Shown here: positions 19,201 to 27,661 of the stretch, piece by piece
Position numbering within the stretch: the stretch's first letter is position 1
Layout: each line of letters begins with the position of its first letter
Assembly: GCA_022749935.1 (NCBI GenBank)
Contig: JAKIWQ010000005.1
Span: 1,422 to 65,421, forward strand
From: Thermoplasmata archaeon
GTDB lineage: Archaea; Thermoplasmatota; Thermoplasmata; Lutacidiplasmatales; UBA184
Reading direction: 5' to 3'
Length of the DNA stretch: 64,000 bases
Translations under genes and position numbers: made by a program
The notes under the pieces: generated by a model
Told to the model about the DNA's origin: nothing
The model's database searches: none
Seen by the model: the letters and a program-made list of their open reading frames with translations, nothing else

Positions 19201-22200
19201 GTCCCCCCGGGCCCGAGAAGATCACGGTCCCGTTGGACGTAGAGCCCTGCAACGCGGCGATCGGAGATCGAGAGGAATCGGGATAGCTCGGCAGCGGGAC
19301 GAACCGGACCGGCAGGTTGCCCACCGGAGCCCCGTTCGCCTCGAGGACGAACTGGACGGTCGCCGTCGGCTCGACCGTGAGGTTGGTGGCCACTCGGGTT
19401 CCGGGCGACACGACCTGGACCGTGACGCCGGAGGAGCGCATGAACGACGCCGGCCCGGTCGCGATGAGCGAATAGTTGCCGGGACCGAGTCCGCTGATGG
19501 TGTAGATCCCGGTCGCGTTGGAGGTCGTCGACCCGACCGCTCCGGACAGGTTGTACACCGTGACGAGCGACCCGGTGACCGGAACGTTCTGGAGGAGTAC
19601 CGTGCCGGTGAGCGTGGCGGGGCTGAGTCCGACCGTGCCGTTGTGGCTAACCCCCGGGGTGAGGAACTGCGCGGCCTGGGTGTAGTTGTGGCCGCCGAAG
19701 AGGATACTGTAGTTGTAGACTCCCGGCACCACGTTCGTGAGGTCGAACGTCCCATCCCGGTCGGTGACCGTGGTGACCCGCTTCTCGCCGTTGGGGCCCC
19801 ACAGGACGATCTGAGCCCCCGCGACCAGCGGGTCCCGGTACGGCACGTACGTCGTGTTGTTCGCCACGTTCCAGTAGATCGTACCGGTGAATTGGGAGGT
19901 GCCGAGCTGGACGACGCGCGAAAGGGGCGGGGAACTATACCCGAGACCGTACGAGTTGGACACGTACAGTTTGAGGGTTTTCAGGGGGACCGAGCCTTGC
20001 TGGGAGAGGCCGACCAGGCTCCCCGTGGTGAAGTTGAGCGTGTCGTTCCCCGGCGGAAGCACGAGGGTGAACGACCCGTCGGCAGCGGTCAGGGTGGTCA
20101 TGTGCGGGATCCCCCACTGGTCGAAGACCGTGACGCGAACACCCGGCGCGGCGGATCCGTCCGCGAGGCGGGCCGCTCCCAGGAGCGTTTGCCCGGGATA
20201 GTACTGGAGCATCGCCTCCCCTCCCTGGAAGTACCGGAAGGTGGAGGTGTTGGCGACGGCCCCCTTGGTATCGTTCGCCCGTTCGACCGCGTCGGGGAGG
20301 TTCGACGCGAGGCAGTTTGAGCGATTGTCGTCCGCCTTGGTGGGGCAATAGTAGGCCGTCCGATAGACCACCTGGAAGTGTTGGAGCATCCAGCCGGGCT
20401 CGATCGGGGAGCTCTGGAGGTTCGAGGAAAGCCCCGGGATACCGCCCCCGGCCTGGCCGATGTTCGTCCCGTTGTACCCGATGTACGTCCGGTAGATCAT
20501 CGAGTGATAGAACGCCGAGAAATAATTGATATTGTACTGAACGGGAGAGACACCCGCCGGTACCTGGCCGAGCGGGTAGGAGTTCCCGTCCGAACCCAGT
20601 ACGGTGACGTTGAAGAAGGTCGAGGGAAGTCCGGCGGCGTTGATGACCCGGCCCGTCAGGTCAGCGGGGGCGTAGAAGATCCCGGTGTCCTGTCCGCTGA
20701 ACGGAAACAGGCGGCTGTCGGTCATGTCGTAGCGGATCGTCCAACCTGTGTACGCTTGCAGGTCGTCGTAGAGTTTCGAGACTCCCGTCAGCGTCAGTGA
20801 GGATCCGAGGAAGTAGGAGACGGCGAGGTACATCGCGTTGTCATCGGTGAGGGAGTTCGGGTTGACGGGGAGGTACCGGTTCGGGTTCGCGACCACGAGC
20901 CGGTAGTCGGCGCTCGTATTGGCCAGCAGAGGATGCAACTGACTGACGTTCACCCCGTCAGCGGTGAGGAGGGTGTTCACGGACGGGAGAAGGTACGTGT
21001 CGCCGCTCCTGCGCTGCTCCGCCTGGAGGAGCGTGGTGGCCAACACCCCGATCGCGTTCGACTCGTTCTGCGCGAGGAGGAACTGTCCCGCCGGGTCGAT
21101 CCCGTTCTGGAAGTTGTCGGCGACGCTGGGGTGGTTCCCCTGATCGATCGCCTGGAATCCATAATCCCACCAACTGATGAACGCCGGACGATTCGGCGCG
21201 GGAGTATTCGTATCCTGCTGGGCGAGCCAATTGTACCCGGCGCTATCGTACTGATTGGGCGTATCGAGCGAAGTTCCCGCGGCCCCGAAGTAGGCGTTCG
21301 AGGCCCCGACCGTCGAGCTTGGCTGAAGCCAGGAAGGAAGCGAGGAGGCGACCTGCTGGGAGAGCTGAGACTTCGAGTTGCCCGGGATACCGGCATCGAC
21401 CGAGATCCAGAGGTTGGGCAGGAGCAGGCCGAGGACGAGCGCGAAGACGAGTACGTGTCGGATCTTGAAGGCCCGACGGAAGGCGGAGAACTGGCTCCGT
21501 CGGTCCGACAGGGAGGCGACGGTCCGCCGGAGTTCGGGGAACCCGGCGATATCGAGCGCCCGCCGGAGCGCCTCCGCGGGGAGGAGCGCGAAGGCCGGCG
21601 AGCCGAGTAGGAAGAACTTCGCGGCCGAGATGGGCAGGTAGATCGACAGGATGGCGAAGACCAAGAACACGGCGATCCCTCTCGGGAACCGGCCCCGTGC
21701 CAACTGGAAGACAAAGAGCGCGAGGCCGACGAAGGCGAGGAAGAACGTGATGACGCCATACCCCACCACGAGCTGGTCGATGGACGGCGCCTGCGCTTCG
21801 GCGACGGTCGAGTAGATCAGATTCTTGACGAAGTATCCCTGCCCGGTCACGATACTCGTGAAGTAATCCGGGCTCAGCAGGGCGAGGCCCACGGCGGCGA
21901 GCGCGACGATCCCCGCCAGGATCGGGATGGAGACGACCCAGGGGGTGTCGCGCAGGAGGACGAAGGGTAGGAGGATTCCGAGGACGCCGAAGAAGAGCAG
22001 GAGGGGCAGACCGAACCAGATGGCGAACTGGCTCTGGGCGAGGTAGTACGGGATGGCCATCGGAAAGCCGACCAGCCCGACGATCCACGCGCAGACGTAG
22101 AGTCCGAACGAGTCCACCCGCCGGATCCGTTCGGCGACGAGGAGGATGAGCAGGGAAAGTGCGATGATCACGACGCCGTAGGTGTACCCCTGCCACGCGA

Positions 22201-22903
22201 GGGCGAGGGCGCCCACGCTCACTCCGGTGAACACGGCCCACTTGACGGCGGAACGTTCGGTACGGAGGAAGACCCGCAACCCCCCGTAGATCTGCTTCGG
22301 GTCCCGGAACGAGCCGACATACCTCGTACGACCGACGGTCTTCACCGTCCGGATCCACGAGTACAGTACGATCAGGATGAGGAAGGTGTAGAACGAGAGA
22401 TAGTTCGCATACCCGAAGATGGAGGAGTTGATGCTCGCCGGAATGAAGGGGAAGATCATCGCCGCGATGAGGCCGGTCCGGCGAGAGCTGATCTCCTTCC
22501 CGACCAGATACACCGGGAACACGCTCATCGCCGCCCAGAGGGGTCCCTGCAGGTCGAGGAACCAGGCCCCGGCGACGACGGCGTTCCCTCCAAAGAACGG
22601 GGCGAAGACGAGCCCGAGGATCGCGTTCATCCAGTCGAACAGCGGTTCCCGCGGATTGATCGCCCCGAAGGGGAACTTCAGCATCTGGTCCTTGACCAGG
22701 TTCGTGTGGTTCAGTACGATGTACTGCATCACGCGGGAGTGGTAGAACGAGTCGGACCCCCCCGCGTAGGTGTAGAGGGCGCCCCACTGCTCGATGACGG
22801 GGTAGGTCCAGACGGTCCGGACGATGAACGCCGCGGCAAAGGCGCCCAGGAGGATGGCGACCGTCCAGACGTTACGACGCCACCAGCCTGAGCTCGACTC
22901 CAT
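16295..22903 (-). CDS. aglB: archaeal oligosaccharyltransferase AglB/STT3 with giant C-terminal extension (2,202 aa)
   Basis: It has a multi-TM N-terminus, GGSDSFYH in the first loop, TVAE in the long external loop and WWDYG at aa 578-582. It then continues uninterrupted through beta-sandwich repeats to a C-terminal TM helix. Confidence 0.9.
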   Translation of the reverse strand: MESSSGWWRRNVWTVAILLGAFAAAFIVRTVWTYPVIEQWGALYTYAGGSDSFYHSRVMQYIVLNHTNLVKDQMLKFPFGAINPREPLFDWMNAILGLVFAPFFGGNAVVAGAWFLDLQGPLWAAMSVFPVYLVGKEISSRRTGLIAAMIFPFIPASINSSIFGYANYLSFYTFLILIVLYSWIRTVKTVGRTRYVGSFRDPKQIYGGLRVFLRTERSAVKWAVFTGVSVGALALAWQGYTYGVVIIALSLLILLVAERIRRVDSFGLYVCAWIVGLVGFPMAIPYYLAQSQFAIWFGLPLLLFFGVLGILLPFVLLRDTPWVVSIPILAGIVALAAVGLALLSPDYFTSIVTGQGYFVKNLIYSTVAEAQAPSIDQLVVGYGVITFFLAFVGLALFVFQLARGRFPRGIAVFLVFAILSIYLPISAAKFFLLGSPAFALLPAEALRRALDIAGFPELRRTVASLSDRRSQFSAFRRAFKIRHVLVFALVLGLLLPNLWISVDAGIPGNSKSQLSQQVASSLPSWLQPSSTVGASNAYFGAAGTSLDTPNQYDSAGYNWLAQQDTNTPAPNRPAFISWWDYGFQAIDQGNHPSVADNFQNGIDPAGQFLLAQNESNAIGVLATTLLQAEQRRSGDTYLLPSVNTLLTADGVNVSQLHPLLANTSADYRLVVANPNRYLPVNPNSLTDDNAMYLAVSYFLGSSLTLTGVSKLYDDLQAYTGWTIRYDMTDSRLFPFSGQDTGIFYAPADLTGRVINAAGLPSTFFNVTVLGSDGNSYPLGQVPAGVSPVQYNINYFSAFYHSMIYRTYIGYNGTNIGQAGGGIPGLSSNLQSSPIEPGWMLQHFQVVYRTAYYCPTKADDNRSNCLASNLPDAVERANDTKGAVANTSTFRYFQGGEAMLQYYPGQTLLGAARLADGSAAPGVRVTVFDQWGIPHMTTLTAADGSFTLVLPPGNDTLNFTTGSLVGLSQQGSVPLKTLKLYVSNSYGLGYSSPPLSRVVQLGTSQFTGTIYWNVANNTTYVPYRDPLVAGAQIVLWGPNGEKRVTTVTDRDGTFDLTNVVPGVYNYSILFGGHNYTQAAQFLTPGVSHNGTVGLSPATLTGTVLLQNVPVTGSLVTVYNLSGAVGSTTSNATGIYTISGLGPGNYSLIATGPASFMRSSGVTVQVVSPGTRVATNLTVEPTATVQFVLEANGAPVGNLPVRFVPLPSYPDSSRSPIAALQGSTSNGTVIFSGPGGLVTATLPVGNYSVYALGYVGSNLLSALTTVTAFPGLPVGPTPLVLGTTARLSGTIARAGPATNTTATAVLAYRSGLDEVTTWAASNGSYSLLLPLGNYTVLALQGPPTVPTGLSAALAQVTLRFPTVLHLSPTTAVATRFVVGSPLPSGSVYPAAAAQVSISAGPGGPTIPTLATGNGTVAFYVPASFPLSAGGYCLNAQSAGFLPSTECGISANGLATMSRFTLGLRPVNVRLTITGLPSGTPVLANLTALSDPATTHDLSGGPVFTFTTTPGRYTVSARAVIGHGTVVYLPSSLLNTTIPLGAYSTNLTLLVVPGINASGTLLLPPGGSRGNATIALTSPLFNITVNGTNFTRGFYVAPGTYSAHASLTTDGVAYTNLTRVTISAGGTITPGLSLRTAGVTVTGKLVGTGGKTVPVNAVLTLSAPDGSKLHTQIANGTFSTSLPAGGQFLATTNVTALTSGVNGSYFVTYTTAPGSVCVIGTASNVSTCTVNVVPVTNRVWLNGTLSAVGVPGLIPGTVRIAGPYPASSVTLLTTTDGTFSTQVLPGAYSVYATGGGASELLANLSGVVALPTSAPIALDLQPTWSATITVGPPNGSARTLGNATVLVRSATGSRAVYAGVTIGTPFSLALPLGEYTVEATAVGSPYGVPANATATVPLLVAAGNVAVTVPLVYAFHYQAAGTLLGSPDQTLNAGAQVTYQFSVRDSGNAPITVHPTGSPSFWNFSFSFTNATLNPGPGGSALAASVTIHVPGGTVVLHPPVLLELLLANGTFAGTVAPSPSLRINGYYGVAIGPSPTTPPTVSLTHALLPFFLVDTGNVYETVHLTVVDQVRIQSLGWNVNIHAQNGTLAGPVGLAPGVNSTAEVNLTTTSTIFVPVGTVTLSAIVTNASGSVAASTTLKVPVATVAPGSTNASAPFTVTGPGVATPPATLPDWVIPLLAFVPAIGLAVALLVRRWLKTRRWTRR
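16394..20188 (-). other. AglB C-terminal extension: repeated CarboxypepD_reg/Ig-like beta-sandwich modules (aa ~906-2170)
   Basis: There are recurrent modules such as GARLADGSAAPGVRVTVFDQWG...TAADGSFTLVLPPGN. I count 43 N-x-S/T sequons by hand. It is followed by the TM helix WVIPLLAFVPAIGLAVALLV (16334-16393) and an [12 protein letters not shown] tail. Confidence 0.7.
21158..21172 (-). other. WWDYG catalytic motif of AglB
   Basis: FISWWDYGFQ read from the translation at aa 578-582. Confidence 0.85.
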
Positions 22904-22951
22904 CGATCGCCGGCTCTCCTCGAACCGGCGGCGCGCGAGACCGAGGGGGTG

Positions 22952-22959
22952 TATTTATA
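22952..22959 (-). promoter_or_regulatory. TATA-like box (minus strand CTATAAATAC) upstream of aglB
   Basis: The only AT-rich element in the 106-nt spacer, about 50 nt upstream of ATG 22903. Confidence 0.4.
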
Positions 22960-23009
22960 GCCTCCCAACACGGCGGTCGCGGTGGCTCGCCGGAGGCTCG
23001 CGCCGGTCG

Positions 23010-23537
23010 CTAGGGGTCGGTCGCGCGGAACCGGTAGAAGTACCGGCCGTCCCCGATGTCGAACGACTCGAGACGAACCGCGGAGCCGATCTGAAGCTCG
23101 GTCCAAGGGCGCCCCTCGATCCGTCCGAACAGGCGCAAGGGAGCCCCGTCGAGGTCGACCAGCCCCACGGCGAACGGAACCTCGTCCTCCATTCCGAGCG
23201 GAGCCCCTCCGAGGACCGCGCTGAACGCGTAGACGTGGCCCACCTCCGGGAGGTCGACCCACTCGAGCTCTTCGGAATGGCACTGGGGGCACGCCGTTCT
23301 CGGCGGCCAGTGGAGGAGTCCGTCCTTCGGGCACCGCGTCGTCGAGACCCGGCCCTCCTTCAACCGGTCGAAGAATCGGGAGAGGCGGGTCTGGTCCGAA
23401 GACTCGAGCGGGAAGAAGTCGAGCAGGAAGGGACGCCGCTCCCTCGTACGAACCGGAGGCAACGGGGCCTCAGGAGGTGGCGGGACCGGGGCGGCCAGGA
23501 TAGGTCCGGGTCGACGAGGTCGGGGCTCCGAGCTCAT
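23010..23537 (-). CDS. DUF35 OB-fold/zinc-ribbon acyl-CoA-associated protein (paralog 1)
   Basis: A rubredoxin-like CPKDG...CPQCHS followed by an OB-fold region. Its ATG overlaps the thiolase stop as ATGA. Confidence 0.8.
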   Translation of the reverse strand: MSSEPRPRRPGPILAAPVPPPPEAPLPPVRTRERRPFLLDFFPLESSDQTRLSRFFDRLKEGRVSTTRCPKDGLLHWPPRTACPQCHSEELEWVDLPEVGHVYAFSAVLGGAPLGMEDEVPFAVGLVDLDGAPLRLFGRIEGRPWTELQIGSAVRLESFDIGDGRYFYRFRATDP

Positions 23538-24718
23538 GCGGCGCTTCCTCCCTGGTAGATCATCACCGAATGGACGTTCGCGCTCCCCGACAGATTGTGG
23601 ACGAGCGCCCACTCCGGGTCCGGAACGGTTCGCGCGGGCGGGGCCTTTCGGGCGAACTGACGGTAGACTTCGACCGCCTGGGCGATCCCGGTCGCCCCGA
23701 GTGGGTGGCCGCACCCGAGCAGTCCCCCCCGCGGGTTGACGACCACCTTTCCGCCGATATCCGCCTGCCCGTCCGCGACGAACGCGCCCCCCTGACCCGG
23801 GGGGCACCATCCGAACATCTCGTATTCGATGATCTCGGAAACCGTGAAGCAGTCGTGGACCTCGGCGAAATCGATCGCCTCAGGACCGACCCCGGCCCGG
23901 CCGAAGGCTTCGCGAGCGGCGTGCTTCAACCCTGTCCACTCCGTCAGCGAGCCGGCGTGGGCGAGGTTGTGGAAGTCCGAGTACTGTCCGGTCCCGCGAA
24001 TCCACGCGGGGGTGTCGGTGTACTTCTTCGCACGGTCGGCGGCCACGAGGACGACCGCCGCCGCCCCGTCGGTCATGGACGAGCAGTCGCCGAGACGAAG
24101 GGGCGGTGCGACGATCGGGAGGCGGAGCAGTTTCTCTCGAGAGAACGTCTTCTCGTGGAACTGGGCCTCGGGGTTGGAATTCGCGAACCGGTGATTCTTC
24201 TCCGACACCGCCGCGAATTGATCCTCGGTGGTCCCGTATTCCAGCTGGTGCCGTTGGGCCACCATCGCGAAGAACGGGGGGGCGGTCGCCCCATGGGGCC
24301 CGTCCCAGGCCCGGTCCATCACGCACGCCATCGAGGTGTTGGCCTCCGCCATCGAGGGGAGGTTCATTTTCTCGACCCCCACGGCGACCGCTACATCCGA
24401 GAGTCCGGCGGCGATGGCGGCGTAGGCGGACCGGATCGCGGATTGACCTGACGCACAGGCCAGCTCGGTCCGCTGGATGATCCGATGGGGTCGCAGCCCC
24501 ATTTGCTCGGCGGCGAGGGGCGCGACGTGGGACTGAAAGGCGAACCGTTCGGGCTCGGCGGCCCCGAGGAAGAGCGAGTCGACGTCCTCGGCCCGAAGTT
24601 CCGGCATCTCACGGAAGAGTCGGGCTCCGACTTCTTGGGCGAGCTCGGCCCACGTCGACGGGCGGACACCGAATTTCGTGGTCGTCCCGCCCACGAGAGC
24701 GACGTCGCGTACGTTCAT
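23534..24718 (-). CDS. thiolase-family acetyl-CoA C-acyltransferase (paralog 1)
   Basis: A 394-aa protein MNVRDVALVGGTTTKFG... with active-site region ELACASGQSA and C-terminal GHPLGATG. The start is set at M321 of the long ORF and overlaps the leuB stop. Confidence 0.85.
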   Translation of the reverse strand: MNVRDVALVGGTTTKFGVRPSTWAELAQEVGARLFREMPELRAEDVDSLFLGAAEPERFAFQSHVAPLAAEQMGLRPHRIIQRTELACASGQSAIRSAYAAIAAGLSDVAVAVGVEKMNLPSMAEANTSMACVMDRAWDGPHGATAPPFFAMVAQRHQLEYGTTEDQFAAVSEKNHRFANSNPEAQFHEKTFSREKLLRLPIVAPPLRLGDCSSMTDGAAAVVLVAADRAKKYTDTPAWIRGTGQYSDFHNLAHAGSLTEWTGLKHAAREAFGRAGVGPEAIDFAEVHDCFTVSEIIEYEMFGWCPPGQGGAFVADGQADIGGKVVVNPRGGLLGCGHPLGATGIAQAVEVYRQFARKAPPARTVPDPEWALVHNLSGSANVHSVMIYQGGSAA

Positions 24719-25848
24719 GCGGCCGCCCCCCGGATCGCCGCGGCGACGCGGTCCCCGGCCTCGGAGGTGGTGGCGTGGCCCCCCTGGTCGTACGTCCCGG
24801 CCCCTCCGTGACTCAGGACCGTGCCGAGCGTTCGCTCGAGTCGGTCGGCCTGGGTGAGGAGGCGCGCATCGTGATGACGCTCTCCGAGCCAACGAAGCAT
24901 CTGTTCGACCGCGAAGAAGGTCGCGAACGGATTGACCTGGTTCTTGCCGGCATACTTGGGAGCGGAGCCGTGGACCGGCTCGAACATGGCGTGTTCGGCC
25001 CCGATATTCCCTCCGGAGGCGAACCCCATCCCCCCTTGCAGGACCGAGGCGAGGTCCGTGACGATGTCGCCCATCATGTTGGTCGTGACGGCCACGTTGT
25101 ACCGCTCCGGATTCCGGACGAGCCACTGCGTGAAGGCGTCCACGTAAGCGTAGTCCTTCTCGATCTCGGGATACTCGCGAGCGATCCGGTCGAACGTTTC
25201 CCGAAAGAACCGGCACCCTTCCATGACGTTCGACTTGTCGATGCAGGTCAGGCGCTTGACCCCGTCCTCCGGCGCTCCCCGGGGACGGGCTCGGGCGAGC
25301 TCGAAGGCGTACCGGATGACCCGCTCCGACCCCTTCTTCGTGATGATCCGGGAGTCGATCGCGACCTCGGTCTCCCCTCCCCGCCGAAGCCGTCCCCGGG
25401 CGGGGGTGTAGAGGTCCTCGGTGTTCTCGCGGACGATGACCATGTCGACGTGCTTCGGGGACCAGACCTCGCGATACGCCCCACTGATCCGGTGGAGCAC
25501 CCCCGGGTAGAGCCGGCACGGCCGGACGTTGGCGAACAGGTCGAGCCCCTCGCGCAGTCCGAGCACGAGGGCCCGGCCCGCGATGTCCCCGTTCGGGAGC
25601 GTCGCTCCCGGCCAACCGACCGCACCGAGCAGGATGGCGTCCGCCGATCTCGAAGCCGCCTCGGCGTCCGGCTCCCATTCCCGGCCGGTCTTGAGGTAGT
25701 ACTGGCCGCCCCCCGGGTACTCGGAGGCGTGCCAGGGCGCGGGCCCTCCCTCGGCGAGAGCGTTCAGGACCTTTCGGCCCTCCCGCACCACTTCCGGGCC
25801 GGTCCCGTCCCCCGGGAAGATGGCGATCTCGTACCCCGCGTCTTTCAT
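24715..25848 (-). CDS. leuB: isopropylmalate/tartrate-type beta-decarboxylating dehydrogenase
   Basis: AIFPGDGTGPEV, VRENTEDLY and EPVHGSAPKYAGK motifs. The sequence resembles the tartrate/D-malate/IPM dehydrogenase subgroup. Substrate is assigned only from the leuCD context. Confidence 0.8.
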   Translation of the reverse strand: MKDAGYEIAIFPGDGTGPEVVREGRKVLNALAEGGPAPWHASEYPGGGQYYLKTGREWEPDAEAASRSADAILLGAVGWPGATLPNGDIAGRALVLGLREGLDLFANVRPCRLYPGVLHRISGAYREVWSPKHVDMVIVRENTEDLYTPARGRLRRGGETEVAIDSRIITKKGSERVIRYAFELARARPRGAPEDGVKRLTCIDKSNVMEGCRFFRETFDRIAREYPEIEKDYAYVDAFTQWLVRNPERYNVAVTTNMMGDIVTDLASVLQGGMGFASGGNIGAEHAMFEPVHGSAPKYAGKNQVNPFATFFAVEQMLRWLGERHHDARLLTQADRLERTLGTVLSHGGAGTYDQGGHATTSEAGDRVAAAIRGAAA

Positions 25849-26369
25849 GCGGTCCCCGCGGCGGCCTTCCGGGCCAGAAGTTCCGCGCGGACCTTTTCCA
25901 CCAGCCCCCCCGCCTCGAGGAGGTCGAGCAGATGCGGGGGGAGCGGTGGGAAGGTCACGAACGCACCGGTCCGAAGATTCGTGATCCGGCCCGACCGCAT
26001 CTCGATCCGAGCGGTGTCGCCCTTCTCGAAGATCTTGCGGACTCCCCGGACCTCGATGGTCGGGATCCCGAGGTTGATCGCGTTCCGGTAGAAGATCCGT
26101 GCGAACGAATCGGCCACCACGGCACCGACTCCGATAGCCCGCATCGCCTGGGGGGCATGTTCCCGGCTCGAACCGCAGGCGAAGTTCTCGTCCGCGACGA
26201 TGATGTCGCCCTCGCGGGCCTCCTTCGCGAATTCGGGGAGAGCGATCTCGAAGACGTGCTTCTTGAGTTCGTTCGGGTCGATGATCGTCAGGTACTTCCC
26301 GGAGATGATCCCGTCGGTATCGACGTCCGCCCCCAGTACCCAGACGCGGCCCTCGATCACGTCCTTCAT
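25845..26369 (-). CDS. leuD: 3-isopropylmalate (or homolog) dehydratase small subunit
   Basis: A 174-aa short archaeal-type small subunit with GSSREHAP. There is a 4-nt overlap with leuB. Confidence 0.85.
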   Translation of the reverse strand: MKDVIEGRVWVLGADVDTDGIISGKYLTIIDPNELKKHVFEIALPEFAKEAREGDIIVADENFACGSSREHAPQAMRAIGVGAVVADSFARIFYRNAINLGIPTIEVRGVRKIFEKGDTARIEMRSGRITNLRTGAFVTFPPLPPHLLDLLEAGGLVEKVRAELLARKAAAGTA

Positions 26370-26377
26370 GGGCCCTC

Positions 26378-27661
26378 CTACATCAGGTCCCGCGGGTCGG
26401 TGAGCTCACCGCGGATGGCCGCCGCTACGGTGGCCGCCGGGGAGAGGAGGTAGATGCGGGCCTCCTTGGCCCCCATCCGTCCGGGGAAGTTGCGGTTCGA
26501 GGAGGACGCACAGACCTCGTCCGGCGCTAGGATGCCCATGTTCCCCCCGAAGCAGGCCGAGCAGCTCGAGTTGGTAAAGACGGCCCCGGCGTTCGTGAAG
26601 GTCTCGATGATCCCTTCCGCGAGGCACTGTTGGTAGATCTTCGTGGACGCCGGCGAAACGATGAATCGGACGCCGGGCGCGACCTTGTGGCCCTTCATCA
26701 TCGCCGCCCCTTCCCTCAGGTCTTCGATCCGGGCGTTCGTGCAGGACCCGAGGAAGACCTGGTCGACCTTGACGTGCTCCCGCACGACGTCCGGCAACGG
26801 GCGCACATTATCCGGAGAGTAGGGGCAGGCCACCATCGGCGGCATCTCCCCGACGTCGATGTCGATGACGCGTTCGTAGGCCGCGTCCGGGTCCGGGCGC
26901 AGCGGATGCATGGCGTGCTTCGCGATAGGCCGGAGGTAGTCGAAGGTCTTCTCGTCGGGGGCGACCATGCCCGCCTTCGCTCCCATCTCGGTCGTCATGT
27001 TGCAGATCGTGAACCGCTCGGGCATGGAGAGCGCCTCGATGGTCGGACCGCTGAACTCGACCGCCTTGTACGTCGCGCCGGTCGTCTTGACCTCGCCCAG
27101 AATCCGGAGGATGAGGTCCTTCGCCGTGACGCCGCGGCCGAACTGTCCGCGGACGCGGATGTGGAGCGTGGGCGGTACCTTGAGCCAGAGTCGTCCCAGG
27201 GCGAGGACGGCCGCCATCTCCGTGGGCCCGATGCCGGCGGCGACGGCCCCCATCGCCCCGAGCATGTTGGTATGCGAGTCGGTCCCGACGGCCAGGTCGC
27301 CCGGGACGACCCAGCCGTTCTCGGCCAGGATCTGGTGGCAGATCCCGTGGTTTCCCACGTCGTAGAAATGCGGCAAATGGGTCTCCGCCGCGAACTTGCG
27401 CAGGATCCGATGCAGGACCGCCGCTCCTTCGGTCGAGGCGGGAACCCAGTGGTCGATCGCGATCACGACGCGGTCCGGATCCCAGACGGTCTCGGCGCCC
27501 ATCTGATGGAACGGGAGGACGGTCTGGGCCCCCTGTTCGTGCATCATCGCGAGGTCGACCGTGCCGTCGACGATCTGGCCCGGGACGACACGGTCGAGGC
27601 CGCCGGCCCGTGCCAGGATCTTCTCGGCGAGGGTCATCCCGTGTCCGTTCGAACTCGTCAT
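26378..27661 (-). CDS. leuC: 3-isopropylmalate (or homolog) dehydratase large subunit
   Basis: Aconitase-family motifs VGTDSHTNMLG and LGSCTNARIEDL. The ATG at M15 overlaps the leuA-like stop as ATGA. The ORF extends to 27703. Confidence 0.85.
   Translation of the reverse strand: MTSSNGHGMTLAEKILARAGGLDRVVPGQIVDGTVDLAMMHEQGAQTVLPFHQMGAETVWDPDRVVIAIDHWVPASTEGAAVLHRILRKFAAETHLPHFYDVGNHGICHQILAENGWVVPGDLAVGTDSHTNMLGAMGAVAAGIGPTEMAAVLALGRLWLKVPPTLHIRVRGQFGRGVTAKDLILRILGEVKTTGATYKAVEFSGPTIEALSMPERFTICNMTTEMGAKAGMVAPDEKTFDYLRPIAKHAMHPLRPDPDAAYERVIDIDVGEMPPMVACPYSPDNVRPLPDVVREHVKVDQVFLGSCTNARIEDLREGAAMMKGHKVAPGVRFIVSPASTKIYQQCLAEGIIETFTNAGAVFTNSSCSACFGGNMGILAPDEVCASSSNRNFPGRMGAKEARIYLLSPAATVAAAIRGELTDPRDLM

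Noticed and set aside
17079-20320. Very long alternate-frame and antisense ORFs inside aglB (626 aa on the minus strand, 805 aa on the plus strand). The 514-aa ORF at 21243..22787 is of the same kind.
   Set aside because: Their translations are Arg/Gly/Pro/Asp-rich with no motifs. The aglB frame carries WWDYG, TM helices and regular beta-sandwich repeats. These are GC-driven stop-codon depletion artefacts.
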